A program made the position numbers and the translations under genes. DNA of 16,003 nucleotides from an uncultured Thermoplasmata archaeon (GTDB lineage: Archaea > Thermoplasmatota > Thermoplasmata > Halarchaeoplasmatales > Halarchaeoplasmataceae), in assembly GCA_964399335.1 (NCBI GenBank), contig CAYNQI010000024.1, positions 1 through 16,003 of the forward strand, read 5' to 3'. How positions within the stretch are numbered: the first letter of the stretch is position 1; each line of letters opens with the position of its first letter. Positions 8,521-15,257 of this stretch are shown piece after piece. The notes beneath the pieces were generated by a model. The model worked only from the letters and a program-made list of their open reading frames with translations, was not told where the DNA came from and searched no databases.

Positions 8521-8570
8521 CACCATTGTTATTCGATATACATGGTGATGCTTAAAATATGATTTAAATA
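8521..8570 (-). promoter_or_regulatory. glnA upstream region: imperfect inverted repeat CACCAT(T)GT...ACATGGTG (8521-8547) overlapping the SD GGTG, with TATA-like TATTTAAATC (8561-8570, minus strand)
   Basis: The minus strand reads CACCATGTATATCGAATAACAATGGTGTAGATAC-ATG; the 3' arm contains the GGTG SD 7 nt before the start codon. Confidence 0.45.
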
Positions 8571-8594
8571 TTCTTGTGTTAAAAACATTTTAAT

Positions 8595-8638
8595 CAAAAA
8601 ATATTATATATGACACATCCTCTATATATATAAGAGGG
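8595..8638 (+). promoter_or_regulatory. Putative promoter of orphan gene 8648: BRE-like CAAAAAA, TATA ATTATATA (8603-8610), motif ATGACACATCCT (8610-8621), SD GAGGG (8634-8638)
   Basis: Elements read directly; their spacing is consistent with archaeal promoter architecture. Confidence 0.5.
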
Positions 8639-8647
8639 AAGATCGAT

Positions 8648-9646
8648 ATGTCTAATAATCATCATGAGTTAAAAGACGAATCTGAAGAAAAACTGATGGA
8701 AGCTAAAGTTTTTCTTTCGGAAGCAAGATATACCAATATAAATGTAAATGGTTTAAAGGATAAGATTCGTAAAGCTGTTGAGATGAAAAAACAAAAAAAC
8801 TATCAAGAAGCTATTGAACATTCTGAGGACGCTATTGAACAAGCCAATGTCATATTAGATATGTACGAAAAATTGAGATCTAGAAAAAAGAAATTGATAA
8901 ACTTAAAGAAAAATGGCGTTGATTCAGAAACTATTTTTAACGGGATAAATCAAGTTAAAAAATGGACTGACCAAGGAAAATATAAGAAGGCAAATGAAAA
9001 ATTAAATAAGATATCTTCAAAGATCGATGAAATATTTGATGAAATAAACAAAGGTGAAAAGGAAGAGACCATAATAGAAGAAAAAGCCCTTTCAAAAATA
9101 CCTGAAGACGGGATCACAGTATATTCTTTGAAAAATGAATTAGAGGATTTGAGTGAGCAAAATATTGATGAAGTAGTTAAAAATCTGGAAGACCTTGGTT
9201 ATTTAGAGATCAAAAAGAAAGGTAGATGGAATGTTATTAACCTAACAGGTAAAGAGTTCGATGTTGAAGAATTTAATGAAAACCTAGTTTCATCGGAAGT
9301 CCAATCGGAAAGTGAACTAAAAGATAGCGGATTAAATGTAGAATCAGATCCTAGAGTAAAATTAGAGATTACTCTTGAAGAAAAAGAATATAGGGCTTTG
9401 GAAAATATTTGGAAAAAAATCTTCTTAAAAAATCTGGATAAAGAAACTATAGATATGTTAGGTTGGGGTGAGAAAGACGATTTCTTTAAAGATATTTTCT
9501 TTTATGGATTACATTCTCTTGAAGACTCACCTACTGAATTAATAAACAATAAAATATTGTCTGAGTTTAGATATCTAAAAGATGATGGTGAAAAGAAATT
9601 GTTGGAAAGTGAGTTTAGAAAGGAATTAGACAATTTAGATGATTAG
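8648..9646 (+). CDS. Hypothetical protein: N-terminal helical repeats/coiled coil, central winged-helix-like segment, C-terminal domain of unknown function
   Basis: 332-aa ORF with SD, K/E-rich. Residues about 143-200 (LSKIPEDGITVYSLKNEL...IDEVVKNLEDLGYLEIKKKGRWNVINLT) have a wHTH pattern. Confidence 0.75.
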   Translation: MSNNHHELKDESEEKLMEAKVFLSEARYTNINVNGLKDKIRKAVEMKKQKNYQEAIEHSEDAIEQANVILDMYEKLRSRKKKLINLKKNGVDSETIFNGINQVKKWTDQGKYKKANEKLNKISSKIDEIFDEINKGEKEETIIEEKALSKIPEDGITVYSLKNELEDLSEQNIDEVVKNLEDLGYLEIKKKGRWNVINLTGKEFDVEEFNENLVSSEVQSESELKDSGLNVESDPRVKLEITLEEKEYRALENIWKKIFLKNLDKETIDMLGWGEKDDFFKDIFFYGLHSLEDSPTELINNKILSEFRYLKDDGEKKLLESEFRKELDNLDD

Positions 9647-9683
9647 TTATCCTAAAATTTTCTAAAACCCCTAATCGTAAATT

Positions 9684-9729
9684 ATTTATAATATATTCTA
9701 ATGATGTGTCATTAAATATAATTAAATAT
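9684..9729 (+). promoter_or_regulatory. Promoter of the RHH-sat-DHH-cysC operon: TATA TTTTATAA (9684-9691), palindrome TAATGA-N4-TCATTA (9699-9714), direct repeat ATTAAATAT x2 (9711-9719, 9721-9729)
   Basis: All elements read directly; an SD-like GGATGTGA precedes the ATG at 9749. Confidence 0.55.
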
Positions 9730-9748
9730 CGTTACAGGATGTGAAAAA

Positions 9749-9976
9749 ATGAGCTCTAAAAAATATACAACGGTTTCGATACCAAAACCACTGGCCAAAA
9801 AGATAAAGAAAAGAATGGATGGAACTGGATTCAACTCTATCTCAAGCTATGTTACCTATGTATTAAGACAGGTTATATCCAGTATTGAGGAAGAGGAAAA
9901 ACAAAAAGAAAGTTTCTCTGAGGAAGACGAAGAGAAAGTAAAAGAGAGACTAAGAGCTTTAGGTTATCTTGATTGA
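9749..9976 (+). CDS. Ribbon-helix-helix (CopG/MetJ/Arc family) transcriptional regulator
   Basis: Beta-strand YTTVSIP followed by two helices (KPLAKKIKKRM, SISSYVTYVLRQVI), acidic linker and C-terminal EKVKERLRALGYLD tail. Confidence 0.88.
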   Translation: MSSKKYTTVSIPKPLAKKIKKRMDGTGFNSISSYVTYVLRQVISSIEEEEKQKESFSEEDEEKVKERLRALGYLD

Positions 9977-9987
9977 GGGATTTAATT

Positions 9988-11130
9988 ATGTCTAAACCTC
10001 ATGGCGGTACATTAGTCAACCGCATACTAACCGGTAAGAAAAAGGACAGGTTGCTAGAAGAAGCTGAAGAGATGAAGTCTTTACAGCTGAATAGTGAACT
10101 CAGAAAAGACGCTATGAATATTTCTACTGGGGTATACAGCCCATTGGATGGTTTTATGGTTAAAGAAGATTTTGAGAATGTATTGGAACATTCTAGATTG
10201 TCAAGTGATATAGCCTGGACACTACCTATAGTTATTGATATACCTGAAAAAGAAGATTACAACGTAGGAGAGGAGATCATCCTAAAAGACGAAAATGGAG
10301 AAAGCTTTGGCTTGATGGAAGTTGAAGATATCTATAAATTCGACAAAAAGGACATGGCTGAGAAGATTTACGGCACTGATGATCTAGACCATCCTGGTGT
10401 TAGGAAAACTATGGGGATGGGTGATTATCTTTTAGGTGGAGAGATCTATCAACTCAAAGAAAACTCTACACCTTTCGAAAAATATCATCTTAAGCCCATG
10501 GAAACCCGGATATTGTTTAAGGAGAAGGGATGGAGGACTATTGTAGGTTTCCAAACTAGAAACGTTCCCCATCTTGGTCACGAATACGTTCAAAAAACAG
10601 CACTGACTTTTGTTGATGGTATCTTTATAAATCCTATAATAGGGAAGAAGAAAAAAGGAGATTATCTTGATGAAGTCATCTTAGATGCCTACGATACTCT
10701 CATGGATAATTATTATTTAAAGGATAGAGCGGTAATGAGTATACTTGAAGCCGAGATGAGATACGCTGGACCTAAAGAAGCTATTTTCCATGCGATAATG
10801 AGAAAGAATTTCGGGTGTACTCATTTCATCGTAGGTAGGGATCATGCAGGTGTCGGCGATTACTATGGACCATACGCTGCTCAAGAGATATTCGATAAAT
10901 TTCCTGATCTTGATATCACACCCGTTTTCTTTAAATCATTTACATACTGTGAAAAATGTGGTGGCGCTGTAGATGGATTTATTTGTCCCCATGATGACAA
11001 ACACAGGGAGAACTTCAGCGGTACGAAGATGAGAAAGATGTTCAAGGAAGGAAAGATCCCTCCGGCACATATGATGAGACCAGAAGTGGCAAAAAGAGTT
11101 GTCGATAAAGAACAAAAGTTCGTTGAATAA
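9988..11130 (+). CDS. sat: Sulfate adenylyltransferase (ATP sulfurylase, Sat type)
   Basis: PHGG N-terminus, YSPLDGFM, FQTRNVPHLGH, IVGRDHAGVG and a C-terminal CxxC-x8-CPH putative Zn site. Start placed at 9988 (MSKPHGG) after SD GAGGG. Confidence 0.96.
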   Translation: MSKPHGGTLVNRILTGKKKDRLLEEAEEMKSLQLNSELRKDAMNISTGVYSPLDGFMVKEDFENVLEHSRLSSDIAWTLPIVIDIPEKEDYNVGEEIILKDENGESFGLMEVEDIYKFDKKDMAEKIYGTDDLDHPGVRKTMGMGDYLLGGEIYQLKENSTPFEKYHLKPMETRILFKEKGWRTIVGFQTRNVPHLGHEYVQKTALTFVDGIFINPIIGKKKKGDYLDEVILDAYDTLMDNYYLKDRAVMSILEAEMRYAGPKEAIFHAIMRKNFGCTHFIVGRDHAGVGDYYGPYAAQEIFDKFPDLDITPVFFKSFTYCEKCGGAVDGFICPHDDKHRENFSGTKMRKMFKEGKIPPAHMMRPEVAKRVVDKEQKFVE

Positions 11131-11139
11131 GGTGTCTAT

Positions 11140-12135
11140 ATGGCAAACAGCCTTAATGAAGTAGATTATCAGAATGGACTGCTGCTTCATCATTGGGATA
11201 CTGATGGTATGTCAGCAGGTGCTTTAATACTTAGAAACTTTCCAGACCTTTCTACATTCACTCCTTCGATAGGAAATTATTATCTTAATGAAAAGGACAA
11301 GGAAAAGATAAAAAAAACCAATCCTGACATTGTCGTGGTTGTAGACATGGCTTTACCTGTAGAATCTATTGAATTTTTAAAAGATTTTGGAAAAGTCTAC
11401 ATATTCGACCATCATCTTCAGGAAAAGCATGATGTTGAACTACATCATAACCCTGTGATCGATGGTGGATCTCCTATGAGATATCCGAGTGCTTCTTGGG
11501 TGGTTACTGAATATTTTGATTCAAAACCAAGTTTATTGACAATCCTAGGTGCTTTTGGGGACCGGGAAGATAAACTCAAAGAAAATGAATATGCTATCGA
11601 AACCATCGACGTTTTATTAGATGAATGGGGTTCTAATTTCGATGACTTGCTCAAATGTACAGAATATCTTGACACATTGTACAAATTGGGTAAAAGAAAA
11701 CAGATCGAAAGTATGCCTCATGATTTAAAAGATTTTAAAGAACCTGAAGATGTATTGGGATTAGAGGATTTAAAAAGAAATTCTGTTGCACTTGATTCAG
11801 CTATAGAAAGAGAATCAAAAGGAAATGTAATCAAACTTGAGAAAAATATTTTGTTCAAAGAGATGGAATCTCCTTACAATATAATCTCTACAGTGACACG
11901 AAGGATAGCCTGGTCTAGAGAAGACAAGATAGTAATAGTTTCCAATTGTAAATTCAAAGAAGGGGAATGCCAGATATATATTAGAGGACCTATACCTGAT
12001 TCAGAAAAGGTCATCAATATAGCAAAACAGAAGGGATTTTCAGCCGGTGGTAAAGAAGATGTTGTAGGGATGGTCGTACCGACTGAAGAAAAAGAAGAAT
12101 TTTTGAAAGAACTTGCTAACTTACTTAAAAAATAG
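11140..12135 (+). CDS. DHH/DHHA1 family phosphoesterase, candidate 3'-phosphoadenosine 5'-phosphate (pAp) phosphatase
   Basis: Motifs HHWDTDG, VVDMA, FDHH, GAFGD and a DHHA1-like AGGK segment. The specific function is inferred from its position between sat and cysC. Confidence 0.85.
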   Translation: MANSLNEVDYQNGLLLHHWDTDGMSAGALILRNFPDLSTFTPSIGNYYLNEKDKEKIKKTNPDIVVVVDMALPVESIEFLKDFGKVYIFDHHLQEKHDVELHHNPVIDGGSPMRYPSASWVVTEYFDSKPSLLTILGAFGDREDKLKENEYAIETIDVLLDEWGSNFDDLLKCTEYLDTLYKLGKRKQIESMPHDLKDFKEPEDVLGLEDLKRNSVALDSAIERESKGNVIKLEKNILFKEMESPYNIISTVTRRIAWSREDKIVIVSNCKFKEGECQIYIRGPIPDSEKVINIAKQKGFSAGGKEDVVGMVVPTEEKEEFLKELANLLKK

Positions 12136-12143
12136 GTGGAAAT

Positions 12144-12725
12144 ATGTCTAAGAACAAGAATGTGATGGTTAACGAAAAGAAGTGGAGTAAAAAAAATACA
12201 AAGGACGGGTTCACCCTCTGGTTTACAGGTCTTTCAGGTAGTGGAAAATCTGCTGTGGCCGATAGAGTTGCCAATAGGTTGGAAGAAGAACATGACCATC
12301 TAGTTGAAAGATTGGATGGAGATATTGTACGCCAACACTTGACTAAAGATCTTGGATTTACCAAAGAGGACAGAGATACAAATATAGAAAGAGTAAGTTT
12401 CGTTGCTAAACTACTTTCTAGAAATGGTATCAGTGTTCTAGCCTCATTTATATCGCCATATATAGCAAGAAGAAATAAAACAAGGGACATGGTCACAAAT
12501 TTTATTGAAGTCCACGTACACTGTCCTGTTTCCGTATGTGAGGAAAGAGATGTCAAAGGACTTTATGAAATGGCTAGAAATGGTGAGATCGATAACTTTA
12601 CAGGGATATCTGATCCCTACGAAGATCCTGAAGATCCGGAGATTAAGCTCAACACACACAAGGAAACTATCGATGAAAGTGTCCAAAACGTAATTGATTA
12701 TCTCAAGGAGAATGGATATATATAA
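12144..12725 (+). CDS. cysC: Adenylyl-sulfate (APS) kinase
   Basis: WFTGLSGSGKS P-loop, LDGDIVR, DLGF...DRDTNI, SFISPY, RDVKGLY and FTGISDPYE motifs; SD GGTGG. Confidence 0.96.
   Translation: MSKNKNVMVNEKKWSKKNTKDGFTLWFTGLSGSGKSAVADRVANRLEEEHDHLVERLDGDIVRQHLTKDLGFTKEDRDTNIERVSFVAKLLSRNGISVLASFISPYIARRNKTRDMVTNFIEVHVHCPVSVCEERDVKGLYEMARNGEIDNFTGISDPYEDPEDPEIKLNTHKETIDESVQNVIDYLKENGYI
12717..12724 (+). promoter_or_regulatory. Putative TATA box (TATATATA) overlapping the cysC 3' end, for a leaderless PIN-ribK transcript
   Basis: Ends 22 nt before the ATG at 12747, which has no SD. Confidence 0.4.
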
Positions 12726-12746
12726 TCTATTAATTTTAGTTTAAAC

Positions 12747-13100
12747 ATGGTATACGTCATATTGGACGCTAACGCACTTATCATGCCTTTCCAGTTCAAT
12801 ATCCACTTAGATTCTGAATTGGAAAGGTTATTTATTAATCCAGACGTCTATGTACCGAGTTCTGTGATTGAAGAACTTAAGATATTGGAAAGGAAAGATG
12901 CAGAAAAGTTAGCTTCGAAATATGACATAGTTCAAGTTAATTCTAAAAGAGATGAAGGTGTCATAGAGGCTGTAAAAAAACTTGATGGGATATTGGTTAC
13001 TAATGACAAGGTATTAAAGGATAGGGTTAGGGAACTGGGTTATCCAGTTGCATTTTTACGGAGTAAGTCTCATCTCGTGGTTATTGGGGAATATTTTTAA
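12747..13100 (+). CDS. PIN-domain protein (Fcf1/Utp24-like archaeal family)
   Basis: ILDANAL, VPSSVIEEL and LVTNDKVLK acidic PIN motifs; 117 aa. Confidence 0.85.
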   Translation: MVYVILDANALIMPFQFNIHLDSELERLFINPDVYVPSSVIEELKILERKDAEKLASKYDIVQVNSKRDEGVIEAVKKLDGILVTNDKVLKDRVRELGYPVAFLRSKSHLVVIGEYF

Positions 13101-13123
13101 ATCATCTATTAATCCCTGATTTT

Positions 13124-13528
13124 ATGGAAAAAGAACGAACTATTACACTAAAAGGAAAATTGATTTCTGGAAAGGAGGAAGGCCAATATTTTCTTTCTAA
13201 AGAGGGATATAGGAAGCAATTCATCGATAAAATGGGTATAGATCCATACGAGGGGACTTTGAATATTAAACTTGATGAAAAAAGTGTTAAAAAATTTAAA
13301 AAGATACGCAAAAAGAGTGGTACTATAATCGAAGGTTTTATAGAGGGGGATCAAAAATTCGGGCTAGTCAATTCATTCAAGGCTAAAATAAATGGTATAA
13401 AAGCTGCCTTAGTAATACCGGAAAAGTCGGATTATAGAAAGACTGCAGAATTCATATCCAATACAAAATTCAGGGAAAAAATGAGATTAAAAGATGGGGA
13501 TGAAATCGAGGCAAAGGTTTTTCTTTGA
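13124..13528 (+). CDS. ribK: CTP-dependent riboflavin kinase, stand-alone (no N-terminal HTH)
   Basis: G..ISG..EG.YF, Y...F...G..PYEGTLN, conserved E in AEFIS and LKDGDEI terminus. Confidence 0.88.
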   Translation: MEKERTITLKGKLISGKEEGQYFLSKEGYRKQFIDKMGIDPYEGTLNIKLDEKSVKKFKKIRKKSGTIIEGFIEGDQKFGLVNSFKAKINGIKAALVIPEKSDYRKTAEFISNTKFREKMRLKDGDEIEAKVFL

Positions 13529-13541
13529 GATTTACATACAA

Positions 13542-13549
13542 TTTATATA
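13542..13549 (+). promoter_or_regulatory. Putative TATA box TTTATATA for the channel-RCK operon
   Basis: Located in the 53-nt gap, 32 nt before the ATG at 13582. Confidence 0.5.
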
Positions 13550-13581
13550 TCTTTTTAGTATCCATAAATCGATGAGAAATT

Positions 13582-14601
13582 ATGGCTAAAATACTTGACC
13601 GCTTCACATTAAAAAATCGATTACTTTTACTTTCGCTCGGTATCGTTTCAGTTATAATACTGGGTAATATAGGATTCATTTTAGTGAAAATGCATGAAGG
13701 ATCTCAACCCTCCTTTCTAGAATCTATGTATTGGACGATTGTTACACTTTCAACACTTGGTAGTTACCCAGCAGGGATGACTTTTACAAGCAGATATGGT
13801 ATGACATTAACGATCATAGTGGTTTTAGGTGGAGTTGCAACTATGGGTATTGGGCTTCAGATCGTTGTTGGTCCATGGCTTGAAAGGACCATGAAAAATG
13901 CCATAAAGAAAAAAAGGACTAAATTACCTGAAAAAGAACATGTCATCGTTTGTGGTTATTCTGAGATGGGTAAAGAGGTCATCAGAAATCTAAAATCACA
14001 TAACGTTGAGTTTTTAGTCATAACCGATGTTGAAGAAAAAGTAAAGAAACTAAGTAGATCTAGGATACCTTTCATATCAGGTGATTCTACAAAGATGAAA
14101 ACGCTGAAAGAGGCTAATATTGATGGAGCTCTCTCACTAGTAGCTGTGAATGATGATTCTACGAATGCTTTTATCTGTTTAACAGCTAATAAATTAAATA
14201 AGGATATAAGGATCGTTAGCAGTGTTGATAGATCAAAACATGAAGCCATATTGAGAAGAGCTGGTGCAGATCATGTTGTATCATCTAAATCTATTACCGG
14301 TGCTATGATCGGATCAAAGGCTATAGACGAATCATTGATCGATATTGAGGAGGGCGGAGAAGAACTATTAGAGGGTTTGAAGATAGAACAGATGAACATC
14401 TCTGAAGATTCAAAAATAGCTGGTAAGACAATACAGGAAGCTGACATCGGCAAAAAAACTGGAGCGGCTGTCGTCGGTATCTGGAAAGATGGTGATTTAA
14501 GAGTCTCTGTTTCCCCTTCTGACAAACTAAAACCAGATGATATAATATTGGTACTAGGGAATTCAGAGCAGTTGCAGAATTTAGAGAGGTATGCATCATG
14601 A
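13582..14601 (+). CDS. Two-transmembrane ion channel with RCK (TrkA-N/TrkA-C) gating domain, MthK-like, with non-canonical filter
   Basis: TM1, pore helix SFLESMYWTIVT, filter region STLGSYP, TM2, then HVIVCGYSEMG Rossmann motif, GDST, AGADHVVS and a TrkA-C domain. Confidence 0.9.
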   Translation: MAKILDRFTLKNRLLLLSLGIVSVIILGNIGFILVKMHEGSQPSFLESMYWTIVTLSTLGSYPAGMTFTSRYGMTLTIIVVLGGVATMGIGLQIVVGPWLERTMKNAIKKKRTKLPEKEHVIVCGYSEMGKEVIRNLKSHNVEFLVITDVEEKVKKLSRSRIPFISGDSTKMKTLKEANIDGALSLVAVNDDSTNAFICLTANKLNKDIRIVSSVDRSKHEAILRRAGADHVVSSKSITGAMIGSKAIDESLIDIEEGGEELLEGLKIEQMNISEDSKIAGKTIQEADIGKKTGAAVVGIWKDGDLRVSVSPSDKLKPDDIILVLGNSEQLQNLERYAS

Positions 14602-15257
14602 AGATCATTTTGTGTGGTTATGGCAGTGTAGGTCAGAATATTTTAAAAAGATTAGCAGCCTCTGGAAATAGGATTATAGTTATAGATGAGGATGAAAATA
14701 GATTAGAAAAAACATCTGCTCCTACAGTTCAAGGAGATCCAACTGATGAAAACACACTGATCGGAGCGGGTATAATGGATGCAGAAAAATTGATCGCCTC
14801 CACTGATAGTGATATAACAAATGCTTTTATAATATTAGAATCTAAATCCCTAAATTCTGATATAGAGGTCATGTCAGTTGTAAATCGTAGAGAAAATATA
14901 GGGAAATTGTATAGCGCTGGTGCGGATTATGTAGTACCTGAAACCGTTATAGGTGCAAAGTATATTTCAAAGTATGCTCTTCATCCACACATCGCTGAGT
15001 TTTTAGATAAAATCACTGTTGCCCAGGACATAGAGATAACAAAGATAAATATCCCAAATAGATCGCAACTGATCGGGAGAAGTTTAGCTCATTCAAAGAT
15101 TAGAGAAAAAACTGGTGCAAGAGTAATCGGTATCAAACGAGATGAAAATTTTATTCCTAATCCAAGTAGTGAAGTTAGGATAAAAAAGGATGACAAATTT
15201 ATTGTAATCGGTAAATTGGAGGAGATCCATAGGTTGAATCGATGGGTAAGATTATGA
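14598..15257 (+). CDS. Soluble TrkA/KtrA-family RCK protein
   Basis: IILCGYGSVG, GDPTDE, AGADYVV and a TrkA-C domain; ATGA start/stop overlap with the channel gene. Confidence 0.9.
   Translation: MKIILCGYGSVGQNILKRLAASGNRIIVIDEDENRLEKTSAPTVQGDPTDENTLIGAGIMDAEKLIASTDSDITNAFIILESKSLNSDIEVMSVVNRRENIGKLYSAGADYVVPETVIGAKYISKYALHPHIAEFLDKITVAQDIEITKINIPNRSQLIGRSLAHSKIREKTGARVIGIKRDENFIPNPSSEVRIKKDDKFIVIGKLEEIHRLNRWVRL

Noticed and set aside
8527-8543. Resemblance to bacterial GlnR/TnrA box (TGTNA-N7-TNACA) upstream of glnA
   Set aside because: The spacing and right half-site do not match (TGTTA-N6-ATACA), and the host is archaeal.
8619-8637. CCTCT-ATATATATA-AGAGG inverted repeat before the orphan gene
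   Set aside because: Only 5-bp arms, one of which is explained by the SD sequence; too weak to call separately.
8610-9712. Interpretation of the inverted 10-12 bp motif pair as transposon terminal repeats
   Set aside because: No transposase motifs in the enclosed ORF, no target-site duplication, and both copies sit in promoter positions.
10936-13679. Several short antisense or alternate-frame ORFs within sat, DHH, cysC, ribK and the channel start
   Set aside because: Fully overlap strongly supported genes and have no independent coding signal.
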